A DNA stretch of 64,000 nucleotides from the NCBI RefSeq assembly GCF_009914755.1, contig NC_060930.1; one strand, written 5' to 3'. Positions within the stretch are counted from its first letter, which is position 1; each line of letters begins with the position of its first letter. The position numbers and the translations under genes are program-made. Shown here piece after piece: positions 1 through 16,730 of the stretch. The stretch is from the human T2T-CHM13v2.0 reference genome, Homo sapiens. A model generated the notes under the pieces. That model saw only the letters and a list, made by a program, of their open reading frames with translations, searched no databases and was not told where the DNA came from.

Positions 1-960
1 ACCCAGGGGGGTGGGTGTAGTGTCGCATTATTCATTCACTCATTAAATCCCCTTCACCGAGGCCTGCTCAGATGCTTGCCATTGTTCAAAGTTCTGAAAT
101 CGTCACCTGGCTGCCTTCTGTCAATATTCTTGCGTAGAGATTGTAGTCCAATGAAAACCTTGTACTGAGTGAAAGAAGATGTGTTTGAGTTTCAAGGCAT
201 TTTCTGTGCCTTTCATGACTCATAGCAGATTCTCACCTTGTGATAAAGTTCCGGCTCCACAGTGGTGGCTGCTTTTGCTTTTGCAAAAGTAAGTTGTGAG
301 AAATTGTTCTGAGTCATTTTGCAATTTCCTCTATAGACTCAGCTAAGAGTAGATGTGTGTGTCATGAGTAGATGTGTCTGGAGTTGAGGGAGGAGGGGTC
401 ATGGAAAAACTCTGCCTGGAAGTGCTTCATCCAGGTACACATGATGGTATTTTCACCATCTCAAACACTAGCTTCTAACTGCTGAAGGTTAAGATGGGAT
501 CATTCGTTTTGTAAATCCGTCTCCTGCTGTCTTGATAATAACATGAAGAAAAGGGCAAGAAAAACATGGATGTGTCATTAGTATGGAAGGAAGGAGGAGA
601 ATGGAGGTTTGTTTTAAAGGCACCCCCAATTCTCTTTCCCTCTTTCATCCTTTCGTTGGTTCTTGCCCCTTCCACACCCCGACTGTGTTTGTTCAGCCTC
701 CAGCGCATGCTGCCGCCTCTGCTATTCACCTGCCTTTGCGCTCTCTCATTCTTTGCTGCCACCTGAGTCCTCTGGTGTTTTCAGAAAACAGCTGGCAGAG
801 GAGGAGGCTCTGAGATGTGCAGTTGCTTAGAAGGTTCTGGCCTGGCATCTGCACAGCGGGGATTTCATCACCAACTGCTCAGAAACCACAAATGCTGCAT
901 GCCTGGAGGAGTCCTGCCATCTTCCTACCTTGCATGCCACTCTCAGCTGGTTTTGGGATT

Positions 961-1268
961 TTCTATTTATTTGTTTGTTTGTTTGTTTGAGATGGGTCTC
1001 GCTCTGTCACCCAAGCTGGAGTGAAATGGTGCGATCTTGGCTGACTGCAACCTTTGCCTTCCAGGTTCAAGCAGTTCTCCCACCTCAGCCTCGCATGTAG
1101 CTGGGATTACAGGCATGCACAACTGCACACAGCTAATTTTTGTATTTTTGGTAGAGATGGGGTTTTGACATGTTGTCCAGGCTTGTCTCGAACTCCTGAC
1201 TTCAGATGATCCACCCACCTCGGCCTCCCAAAGTGCTGGGATTACAGGCATGAGCCAATGCACTCAGC
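961..1268 (-). mobile_element. AluS
   Basis: Antisense Alu dimer with (TTTG)n tail. Confidence 0.93.
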
Positions 1269-2247
1269 TGGGATTTTTAAGAGTTTATTCCCTTCTTGGT
1301 TCATTCAGGCATAGATAAAGGGCAGTCTGAGGGCCCGGGTGACACACCCATCAGGACAGGTTGGTGCTCTGCCTTCCTCTCATTTGAGCACCGAGGTCTT
1401 GAATTTGGGGCTTATACAGATGAGTTACCAAGATGGGGAAAGGTGGACCATCAAGCAGTAATACAACGTGAGGCTTACAGGTAACTTCTAAGTGTGGGGC
1501 TTTAAAGAAAGTCTCTGTTCACATTCTGTCACCCTCACTCTGTCTCTTCCATCTTTTTCTTGCCTGAGTGTCCTGGTTCTGCTGCCTTCTCTAGATCCCC
1601 AGCTCTTCTCACCACCAGGGATACCTGGCTTTGGTTCCCATGTATTTATTGATTTCTATTTTTAAGAAGTTTGATCAAAACTGTCAAGTTATTTATTGAA
1701 AATGATAGTTGTCTTAGTTTAAATCTTATTCCATTTCTGTTAGAAGTCAGTGTAGATTATAGAGTGGTAAAGTCTCAGATAAATACTTATATAAATAAAG
1801 ATAGGTATTGTTCCATATAAGATTATCATTATTTTGAGAACCTGTTGATGAGGGTGCCAGATGTGACTGTTGCATTACTCAAATCCAGCAAAAAACACTG
1901 AACAAAAACCATAATTAAAGGGGCACACAGGGTATCTGTGCTCACTTTAAGGCAAGTAGCCCTTGGCAGTACCCCTGCTTAATTAAGGTTGCCAGGATAT
2001 TAACATGTAATTGATGTTTTATATACTTATAACTTTCCTCCCAGAAGCTACAATTTTTTTGAAACCAGATTCCAAGCATTGTTTTAAGCCAATATTAGAA
2101 GAGAAAGTGTAGGGCTTTCTAAGCATGAAGAGGATGTGATTTCAGACGAAATCATAGCACCTGGACCCTGTCTCCCTGCCCCCATCCCATTCTTCATAAG
2201 CGATGAAAAGCATCTTTGATCCATGAAACCTGAAAAAGCAGCCATCA

Positions 2248-2728
<481 letters not shown>

Positions 2729-5713
2729 TTAAATGCTTAAAAAAATCTTTAAGAACTCATAATTTGCCTGCAACAAATTCAGGTGGTGACATAGTCCCTT
2801 TCATTCCCCCAAGTCAGAGCCCGTGCCCCTGTGTGTCTGTCCCCATCAGTGAAACTGGGGCTTGGTTTCTTCTGGAGAAGAATAATCCAGGGCAAGTCAA
2901 GCTGTTTGTTTTGCGCCCCTGTCTCTGTTGCTGAGTTGCTGTCACCTTGAGTTGGCTCTGATTGTCCCGTGGCGAAGGCCATCCCAAACAGCACATTTGC
3001 AGTATGTGCTCGGAGAGTGGGATACATAAGAAACAGGAGAGTTAACTAGAAGGATTTTCCCTCCTGCTCTACTAAGTTGGAAAGGAAAGTAGATGTTTGT
3101 CTCTTAATTTGCTGTTGCACAAAGTGAAAAGATACTTGGACCAGAATTGCTGGAGCTTTCCATGCACTCACAGTGGGCTTTGGAAAAATCATTCACTCCC
3201 TTGAATCCTTATTTGTTAAGAAAGTGGGATTCCATTTCCACAACTGTTTCATGGCTGTGAGGTGAAATAAAGACTAGGCATGCGGAATGGCTTTGTAAAC
3301 TGCAGGGGTGCTGAGTCAGTCTGCGGAGACTTAGCCCATGGCGAATACAATGTGTTTTAAATACATCACTTCATTTAAACCCGTTTTCCCCACAACCCTA
3401 TTGAACAGATATTACCAGCCCCATTTAGCATGAGAAAACTCAAATTCAGAGATGTCAACTAGCAGGCCAGTGTGTCCTAGGCAGTGACTGTACCACGGAT
3501 CGCGCCCAGCCCTGCCAGCTTCTAAAGCACTTCTTCCCATGACACCACACTGCCTCGTAAGGAGAATATGGCACTGCGTGTAGAAGAAAGGGGAGAAAAC
3601 TGTATTTAAGTATCAGACTCATGGCATATGGGTGTATTTACTCTTCAATTGATTTAAAGGTAGAGCGACTGTATTTGTGAAATTGCAAGGTACGATGTTA
3701 GAAATCTGGACACGACTTTTTGGTTCTTTAGCTTAATTTACAAAGTTGGTTACACCCCCGTCGACAAGAGGAATCTGTGAGGATATAGAGATCCAAGGCT
3801 TATGTTCCAAAAGCAGGTAGACTGTGACAGCTGGAGAGAGCCAGCAGAGGATGCAGCCTCCTCAGCAGTCTAGAAGCACATCTAAGATGCCCAAGGAGTG
3901 TCGGCAAGGAACTGGAATGGGCGCAACCGAATTATTTTCTGAGCATCTTAGAACTATTATCAGAGCAGAGTGCTTGGTCTGTACCTGGGAGCCAGGTGCT
4001 GCTCTATTTTTTGTTTCGTTTTCTAGGTTAAGGCAGCCGGGAACCCACATGGATTACAACTAGAAAGAAAATCAATTTCTAGGGAGCCAGAGAAAGGGAG
4101 GAAGGGCTTAGTGAAGGGACAGTCTGGGCTCAGGTAGTTGGGCAGAGCTGTCCTAAGCAAAGCTGGGTGGACACAGCCTGAACTGCTAAGCCTAAGTATG
4201 TGGGATCTCCCCCTTCGAGTATGCGACTGAATTTTGTCCTCAGTTTTCTGTAGGATAGACTTTACCTGCCCAGGAAATTGGTGGCTAACGGAGATTTGTC
4301 AGAGCTCTAGTCTGTCAAGAATTTGGTTATAGTTGCTGTTATTGACACATTTTGTCTTCAAATAAAGTGATAAAGATAATCTTTTTGGCGCTTTATTGTC
4401 CAATCATGAATATATAAAAAGAAAAAAGTCTCAACTCAATACGGTCTCAGAGTATGTAACACTGAAGACCTTTCCTGGCTGGGCATGATGGCTCATGTCT
4501 GTTATCCCAAAACTTGGAGAGGCTGTTAATCAGAAGCAAAGCCATATCTTTCTTTCCGGGTGAAAAATGGGTTAGAGAAAATGCAGTTCCTGGCAGAGGA
4601 GGCATACATTAGACAGATTAGCCTTAAGGGTAGCATTGAAACTCCCAGAATTTTATGTGAAAGAGGTGGCTGGTTGTGTAGAAATGCTGCCCTGGCCCTT
4701 GAAACTTCCTTGGCAGAGAGAACATCTTATTCATTCCTGAATTCCGACCAAACTCCTGTTAAATAAGGAAACCGAGCAGAAGGCAGGCAGCGAGGACACA
4801 CAAGCCCGACGCTCCTCCTGTTCCCACCGCTCTGGCACCAGCTGCTCAGTTGCTCCGTCCTGGGGAGCAGGGGTCCTCCCTGTGACTCTGGTCTGGGAAG
4901 CCCCACAGCAGTGACCATGGCGCTTCCTCTCTCCAGCATGCAGCTCTGACCTGCCTTCCTGGGCATGCCCCCTAGGCACTCAGGATTTGCCACTTGGGAC
5001 ATGCACATGCTCTCTGCCTTCTCAGGAAAGTATGTCCGCATTTCCTCCAGACAGCGGGTGGCCACTGCCCACCTCCTCCCTCTCTGACCATGACTGGTGC
5101 TGCTCATTCCAGCCCTGGCCTTCTGCACGCCTCCCCTCGTTGTTACTCTTCCCATAGCCCTCGCCACTTTATTGAGATACTGAGTTTTGTTGTCACTGTG
5201 CCTGTTGCCTCTTTCTGCCTTTTATCCCTACACCCAGAACAGAGCCTGGCAGACAGGAGGTGCCCAGTAAGAAACTGCTGATGAGATGAATTTGACTGTT
5301 CTTGCCCTTCCTTTGGGGCACTCGGGAAATTTATTCTTCCATACTTGTAAAAATAGAAGAACTTGAGACATTGAATGCCCTGTGCAAATTATAACTTTCA
5401 TTGAGCCCTGGCCTTTGTGGAATCCTTGTACTATGCTAAGTATTTTTACACTGAATGCTCTTGACCACCCTTTAAATGTGACCCCTGCTTTTATAGGCAA
5501 GTAAACTAAGTCATGGAGCAGTTAGCCATGATCACACAGCTGGTCATGGCCACGGCCAAGAAAGGTTTGTTATAACTCCAGAGCCTGTGTGCCTAAGTCT
5601 CCTGTCTTGAAAGAAGTAATTGTTGAAGAAAAGCTTAGTCTCAAGCACATTCTGAGGCCCTTGGTGTGAGTTTCACACTTACAGTGGGATTGTGAAAGGG
5701 GGCAGAGCCCAGG

Positions 5714-6073
5714 TGTATTAATTCATTTTCATACCACTGTGAAGAAATACCCGAGACTGGGTAATTTATAAAGAAAAAGAAGTTTAATGGACTCACAGTT
5801 CCACATGACTGGGGAGGCCTCACAATCATGGGGGAGGGTGAAGGAGGAGCAAAGTCACATCTTACATGGCGGCAGGCAAGAGAGTGTGTGCAGGGGAACT
5901 GCCCTTTATAAAACCATCAGATCTCGTGAGACTTATTCACTATCACGAGTACAGCATGGGAGAAACCCACCCCCATGATTCAATTACCTCCCACTGGGTC
6001 CCTCCCATGACACATGGGAATCATTACAATTCAAGGTGAGATTTGGGTGGGGACACAGAGCCAAACCATATCA
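5714..6073 (-). mobile_element. THE1 (ERVL-MaLR) solo LTR, THE1C/D-like
   Basis: TG...CA ends, 5-bp TSD CCAGG (5709-5713 / 6074-6078), THE1 end motif GGGGACACAGAGCCAAACCATATCA. Confidence 0.92.
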
Positions 6074-6860
6074 CCAGGTGACACCTGTACCACCGAGAGT
6101 GCAAATCCACCACATAGCCCATCATGCTGTCACCTGTAAGCTGTGTGTCCAGTAGGCAACAGGGGCTGCTGAACTCACCTCCAGGTGGGTCTCCTCCACC
6201 CACTCCTGCTCTCCCCTGAGCTCGTCTCCTTCACAGAAAGTTCACCACCTCATGCCCCTCGTCTTTGTGGCGTCCACAGTTCCTAACTCGCACCTGCCAG
6301 ACCCTGCCTCTCTGTCCTGCCTTGGGCCACAGTTACACTGGCCTTCAATTCCTGACACACTCTGTGCTTCCCCCAGCCCCAAGCTGTGCACAGTTTAGCT
6401 GACTTTAACCCTGGCTCCAGTGTTAGCTGTTCCTGTCCTTGCTTCAACCAGAGTAGCTCTCTCTGTTGTGTTTCCGTAGGACCCCCCACTTTCGGCACTG
6501 GTCACCTTTGAATGACTTGCTTAAAGCTTGTCTTCCCAGCCAGACTCAAGGAGTGATTATGCCAGTCTTGTTCATCAAAGTGTCTTTATGGAAGCAGAAT
6601 GTCTTATCAGGCCTTTTCTGCCTCAAATAATTTTTTTTAAGTGGTAGGAAAAGATTCCATTAAAAATTGTAAGAATTCAACCGCTATAAAAAAATGAGAA
6701 AACTCAGATAAGCCAAAAGATTAAAATAACTTGAAAGGCAGTGTTAACCACTGCATTTATTATACATGTAGTTCAATTTTATAAAAATCTATGCATACAT
6801 ATTTATATAAGTAAATATACATAAAATTACTTTTAAATTACTTTAAAATGGCAGAGCTAC

Positions 6861-7351
<491 letters not shown>

Positions 7352-7811
7352 TAGTCTAGAAGACAAATAATATGGGGCTCTTTGGAGCAGCATTTCTTCC
7401 TCCTTTTTGTACCATTTTGATAAATATAAAAATTTCATACAATTTCCCTGGAGTATTTAGTGTATCACTATAAAATGAATGGTTTGTCCTCAACTTTAAA
7501 TGTCTCTAGTCATCTTGAACCTGTTTTTTAACTCCCACCACACCCTGCCAAGGGGCTGACGTGCTGCCCTTTTCCTCCTCCACTCCACGGAGCATGCCGG
7601 TCCAGGAGAAACTGGATGTGGTGTTGCCCTCTATCAGCCTGTGGGCCCTGCCAGCTTCCCCCCAAGCACTAAATAGAGTTCAGCCCTGAAATCCTGACCT
7701 GGCTGCAGTGGGGTGGCCCAGGGTAGCTGCAGCTGGATGTGCAGACCAGGAGCCCCTTGTTCCCACTGTGCAGTCCAGATGTGCAGGATCCACCTCCACT
7801 CAAGAGCATCA

Positions 7812-8240
<429 letters not shown>

Positions 8241-8640
8241 TTACGAAGTTCAGAGTGAGTTGAGAAAAAGTCCTTCGTGCAATTTTTAGTGTTTTTTTTT
8301 TCCCGTTTTCCTAAAGGGAACTTTTCTGACTTAATGAATTTGCTTGAATATGACAGCTGACAGTGTCATTGCGCTCTGAGATTATTTAGTAGTGCAGCCT
8401 CCCCATGCCTTCCAGACAATGAACTGGGAATATTGTAAGTGCTCAGTGTATGAGAACGCAAACCATATAAACCACACCCTTTCTGGGGCTTGACTTTCCT
8501 TAAGGATAACTGACCGTTTGTCCCAGGCCTAAATGTATTTTGTATTTTTTCTAGCATTCTATTTCGGTGCAGGAGGAGCAGCAGAACCCTAGTTCTTCTG
8601 ACTGATGTCCTGGTTTGGGGAAACTCTGAGGACATGAGAC

Positions 8641-8720
8641 TTGGATTCAGTCCAGGCTGATGGCTCAGCACAGAGTGGGTCAGGATTCAGTCCAGGCCTA
8701 TGGCTCAACACAGAGTGGGT
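8641..8720. repeat. Two-copy 40-bp tandem duplication
   Basis: GGATTCAGTCCAGGC..ATGGCTCA.CACAGAGTGGGT twice. Confidence 0.9.
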
Positions 8721-9706
8721 TGGCATGCGGAGGGAGAGGGGACCGCCAGGGATCTGCCGAAAGATCATACTGCAAAGTGACGGGACCAGCTCACCGAACA
8801 GCGTGGCAGTCTCTTTCCTAGTAGCTTTCTATGTTGGTTACGTCTGTTACGGATCCCCCTCCAACATACTTTTCCTCTAAAGCAGGAATTGAAATGTAGT
8901 ACACACTGCAAATGCTGTCCTTCATCCTTGTTTCTGTATGCCACATTACCCCAAATTACGCAGCACTTTTAAACCTTTTTTCTTAGACTGAAAGTGTTTT
9001 CTGAGCCCAAGCAACACAAACAGGTGCCTTTGACAAGAGTTTGCAGTACCCAGAATCCCTAAATGAGGCCACAGCTGCACCCTGAGCCAGGAAAGGCGGG
9101 CACGTAGCTCAGCTTCTGATGCAGTGGACTCCTGCCACGTATTTCATGCAGTAGCTACAAAATTTCAGGCATAGTCTTGAAATAGTTCTGGGTAATGTGA
9201 TGTACCTACCCCGTAGTAGTTTAAAGATTCCAAAACTCACAGGAAAGTTGAAAGGCCTCAGGCTGTGATGTCTCTGAATAAGACAAAAGAGAATATCAAA
9301 GTTGTTGTGATCAAGGGAACAGATTTCACAAACTGTCATCAAGAGGAGGCCATCATGGTATTTTTCTAATGAAAAGTATTGCACTGAGCCCAGGTTAGAA
9401 GGTTCATCTGAGTGACTCAGAGCTTGGTTTGACAAAGACTCTGTCCTTCAAAGACCGTCAAAGAGGGTCTGGGCGAGCTGCTTGATCGTCCTAAGCAGTT
9501 TTCTTGCCACTCCTAAGAAATGGGTTTATGGGCTCCTTGAAAATAGACAAGAAAATGTCCTTATCCATACATTAAAACACAAATAACTGCTTGGACGTCT
9601 GCCTGAATTCAGAGCTCTTGAGTGGGATGCTCCTCATCTATAAATAAGATAAAATCATTTTCAAGCAGGGATCAACCTTAGTATAACATTAAAAACCTGA
9701 ACTAAA

Positions 9707-10111
<405 letters not shown>

Positions 10112-10320
10112 TTAAAGAAAATATTGGTTTCATGCTCTTTTATGAAAGCTGAGGCCTGTGATGGACCCAAGTTTGTAGCATTGATTGCTACAAACTGGAA
10201 AAAACCAATCTGAGGCCCCCATTTCAAGTGCCCGTGTTTTTTATTCTGCATATGCACATCCTGTTAGGCCACTGAATCCTCACACTCCCAGCCCTAAGTT
10301 ATGATCATCTGTCTTTTGCT

Positions 10321-10726
10321 TTTATTTATTTACTTTTAGAGATAGAGCCTCACTCTGTCACTCAGTGGTGTCATCATAACTCACTGTAACCTTGAACTCC
10401 TGCCTCAGCATCCTTAGTGGCTGGGACCACAGGCATGTGCCACCACAGCCAGCTAATCTTTTTATCTTTTGTAAAGATGGGTTTCCCTATGTTGTCCAGG
10501 ATAGTCTTGACCTCCTGGGCTCAAGCCATCCTCCTGACTTAGCCTTCTGAGTAGCTGGGACCATAGGCGTGTGCCACCATGGCCGGCTAATTTTTTTTTA
10601 TCTTTTGTAGCGATGGGTTTCCCTTATGTTGTTCAGGCTGGTCTTGAACTCCTGGGCTCAAGTGATCCACCTGCCTCATTCTCCTAAAGTGTTGGGATTA
10701 CAGGCATGAGCCACTGTGCCAGACCA
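10321..10726 (-). mobile_element. AluJ with an internal duplication (three-arm structure)
   Basis: Two successive linker + left-arm segments; single TSD GTCTTTTGCTTT. Confidence 0.85.
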
Positions 10727-10980
10727 GTCTTTTGCTTTTAAAGCAGCATTCCTGGGGTGGGGGTGGAATAGGCTCAATAGATGTCCCAGTTGTCTGCATA
10801 TGAGCTGTTTTTGCCTCTCTAAGCAGAGGTGGTCTCCAGAGGCAGGTGGCTGCATCCCTAGAACACCTGGGGCCAGGAGAGCCCTGACCACATGGGAGGC
10901 AGAGGCAGCAGGAGGCGTGAGGAACTAGATTGCTTTGCCTGTGCTCTGCTAAATACCTGGGAGTGGCAGGGGCTGTGCGG

Positions 10981-11102
10981 ACAGCTAGAGAGGGGAACAG
11001 AGCTAGAGACGGAGCACAGCTAGAGATGGAGCACAGCTAGAGACAGAGCAGAGCTAGAGAGGGGAACAGAGCTAGAGATGGAGCAGAGCTAGAGAGGGGA
11101 AC
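10981..11102. repeat. Purine-rich minisatellite, 16-18 bp units built on CA(G/C)AGCTAGAGA
   Basis: Seven copies of the AGCTAGAGA core. Confidence 0.92.
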
Positions 11103-12346
11103 GGGCCCTGTGCCATTTAAGGTCTCGCTGAAGCCTCCTTGCCCCTCAGCTGGAAAGCCCTGGAGAGTCATGGTAAAGCTGCAATGCTGGCATGTTCTGT
11201 GAGAAACCTCCCAACTGTGCCTTGTGCACAGCAGCTGCTCAGCAAACACGAGTTTCCTTTTCTTCTTGACCCAAACGGCAATTTTAGCAGTTACTTGATG
11301 GAATAGGCATTCCTGCTGCCTTTTCATCAGGAAGGACACTGAAGACTTAGAATCGAGACTTGCCCAGGAGTGCACAGAAGGCTGGGGGTTGAGCCTGGAC
11401 TGCAGCCCAGGCCTTCTGACTCTCATCTGTGCTTTTCAGGCCTATCACCATATATGCATGTGAAGATATCCCAGCCCAGATAATCACTATTCCTATAAAG
11501 TGCTGATCAGGTTCACCCAGAATGTCCCTCTAATGTTTGTAAACATCACGAACAATGGGTGAACTGAAATGTAATCACCCAAGTGACTCCTTCAGCTACA
11601 ATCTGAAAAGACACACTTATAATTACTCTTCTCCTTTTGGGGGCCCTGCCTCCTTTTGGTCCCAAGTAATCCTCACCAACTCCCTTAGACAACAGCTAAA
11701 ATGTTAAGTGTACAAAAGGTGGCTTTCTAGCACTTGAACACTTAATTGTGGTACTTTAAGAAGTAAATCTGCTATGAAAAATCTCAGCTAACATTCACTT
11801 TTTGGGAGTTAATCTTACCAGAAAAGTTCATAAAGTGAATTCTGTTTTTCTAAAATGGCAAGATACTTTATTTGTAAGATCTCGTTACTTTAACACTGCA
11901 TTGTTAGGTGTGATTTTTGACATCCCAGTGAAGCAAAGCCATAATCTCACCAGATGCCATTTAACTTATGATGTATTTTATCAGATCTTATTTTATACAG
12001 TATATTCAAGCTTAATATAGATTCTATAGCCCTGGGAACTGTTAGTTTTCAGGACTGCGGAATTATATTGTCTGAGCTTGTGGTGCAAATCCCAGTACAG
12101 AGATTTCAAATCAGTGAGTCTTGGAGTCCGAGTATTATCATCGTGAACATTTTAGCTCACTTCATAGGAGGCCACAACCAGAACACCAGAGTCATGGCTG
12201 TGATTCCATCAATTTCCTGTAGCCCGTGAGCTCTGTCCACATACCTCAGTGGGGACCCTGGGACAGGTGATCCCACTGGAGCCAGCACCACTCCCAGAAA
12301 TCCAAGCAGAACGCGAGCTGTATGAAGAGTAGACCAGCAGTTCTCA

Positions 12347-14485
<2,139 letters not shown>

Positions 14486-16550
14486 TCAAAAGAGAAGCGA
14501 TTCTACTGAAGGAGCTCAGCCATCTGGGAGTTCCCATGGCAGACATCTGTTAGGGTCTCACCCTTACTTGCCCCTTGAGGTAGGCCTGGAACGTTACTGG
14601 GCTCCTTTTCCCACTGCACCTTTGGCACATTCTCTGGTTCTCCCTTGGAGCAGGCTCCCTCCAGGACATGTTACAACCCTTTCACCGAAGCCTTCCTGGA
14701 CAACCGATTCTAAAATGCTGCCTCTATTCATTTAATGTTTATTATAACTCTTCATTTGTTCCACAGAAGTCTTTGTTGATTCCAGATTGCCTTAGGCTAT
14801 GCTTTGGGGTTTCCAGCCTTGGTGAGTCTTACCTCTTTGTGTAGGAACTGTTTCTACTTCTTTGGAGAAAAGCAGGCCCTCAATTGATGACCACTGAATT
14901 GAACTGAAAGACTAGCCAGAGATCAATGTTGAGTTTTAATGTGGATTGTATATTTCCATCATATGACAACACTGTGTTGGTGGGGGTTGGGGCATAGAAC
15001 AGAGAGGGCAGTTGAGAGTGGCCTCTTTTTATTTTGGGGTGCTTCAGTTTGTCAAGAGACAGACTGTATAAAAAGCATGCATCAGGCTACCAAGTTTGAC
15101 CAACATGCTTGTGTAAGCTTTCTGCAATATCCAAGGAAAGAAAATGAATTACGTGAATATTAAGAGATGCTCCTGAGAAGTTCAGCTTCTTACCCAAGAC
15201 AGAGATGGATAGAGGTCAGGCATGAAGGCATTTAAGCTGAAAAAAGGAGAGTTTTTTAGTTGACAGTCAGAAAGTTGCTGGCTGTTAATGGATGCCAGTC
15301 ATTTGTGTTGGGACTCAGCTGCGTTGTTCAGTAAGAATTTCAGTGCAGCAGAGGTGGGCCGAGTACTTCCTGTGCTGGCCAGTGAGCTGGCTGCTGGCGG
15401 AGATGTGAAAGAAAGAAGCCACCCTGCCCTCACTGGGCTTCCAGATGGGGAGGTGGTGAAGTGGGGTGGAGATGTGAGGGTGGAATGGAAAGAATGAGAA
15501 GTAAAAGGACACTTTGTAATCTGACCCTGCTCCAGCAACTGTGGAAGCGTTTCACCTGTGAGGCTTTCCAGCCAAAGTCTGGTGGATACAGATAGGCTGT
15601 CTTTGAGAAGGCGGAAGCACATGGTGCTTCTGTCTGAATAGGAGCTTGTGCCAAAGGCCAGTGGTCCCCCCAGATGGTCATGTTCCTTCTTGTCTCTTCA
15701 TCTATGTGATTCCTTTCCCATGACTGGGAGCGAGTATTTCCTCTGAGCCCACATTCCCTAGGCCTGGCCCTGGCTCCCTGCTAAGACCAGCTTAGCTCCC
15801 TCCTCGCAGAGGTTTCCTCTGGGGCTGGTTGATCCCTGGCCTCTCATCCTCGCCAGGCCTTATGTGTCCTCTGCTCCCTGCCTGTGCGCTCTGCAGGGCT
15901 CTGCACCCCTTTAGGGTGAGGGTGTTACCATCTTCATCTGCTTCTACTCCATTACTAGCACGTGCACCAGCTCAAGAGTTTCTCACTCATAATTCTACTT
16001 GCCACAAGACTGTGGAGCTGAGCGGTTAGACTGGAGGGCAGAACTCCTGGCCCACTGTGGCCAGGTCGTCCTGTAATTGCTCTTGGGCTGTGCCTCTCTT
16101 GAGTCTCTCCGGGCTGTTCTGTGTGGGAGATGGAAAACTGGATTAGGCCAACCATTGAGGGGACTGGGTGGGCCTGTTGAGGCCATCTGCTCTTGTTGCT
16201 CCCTAGAAAGCCATAACTTCTTGATTTCAGAGCTACCTCACCTTGACTGCAGAGGGTTAGCCCTAGGCAATGACTCTGTAATTTCAGGTCCAAAGATACA
16301 TCTAACAGCTGATGTGACAATGGAGAGCCTCGTGTGTAAACACTGAACATGAGTGTGGGCGCACATCTTCCTTACTCAGATCCGAAATGATAGCCAGAGG
16401 GGTTTGAGGTGAATGAAACCCTTTGCCCTACACAGAGGCCCCTCTGAGATTCCTGCTGAGCACAGACGGAGACACTTGGTGCCCTTGGGGGCAGCGGATA
16501 CTATCAGGGAGAGGCCCGTGCATTATTTTCCACCTCTTGTCCTCTCTCAG

Positions 16551-16730
16551 AGTGCTGAGCAGATCACTGCACTGTGCAGGAGTTTTAACGACAGTCAGGC
16601 CAACGGCATGGAAGGACCGCGGGAGAATCAGGATCCTCCTCCGAGGCCTCTGGCCCGCCACCTGTCTGATGCAGACCGCCTCTGCAAAGTCATCCAGGAG
16701 CTTGTGGACACAGAGAAGTCCTACGTGAAG
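16551..16730 (+). CDS. TIAM2: TIAM2 coding exon (SAEQITALC...MEGPRENQD...DADRLCKVIQELVDTEKSYVK); start of DH domain; contains short-isoform ATG at 16608
   Basis: Acceptor cctctctcag|AGT, donor AAG|gtaagg, 180 nt; DH CR1 motif ELVDTEKSYV. Confidence 0.97.
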
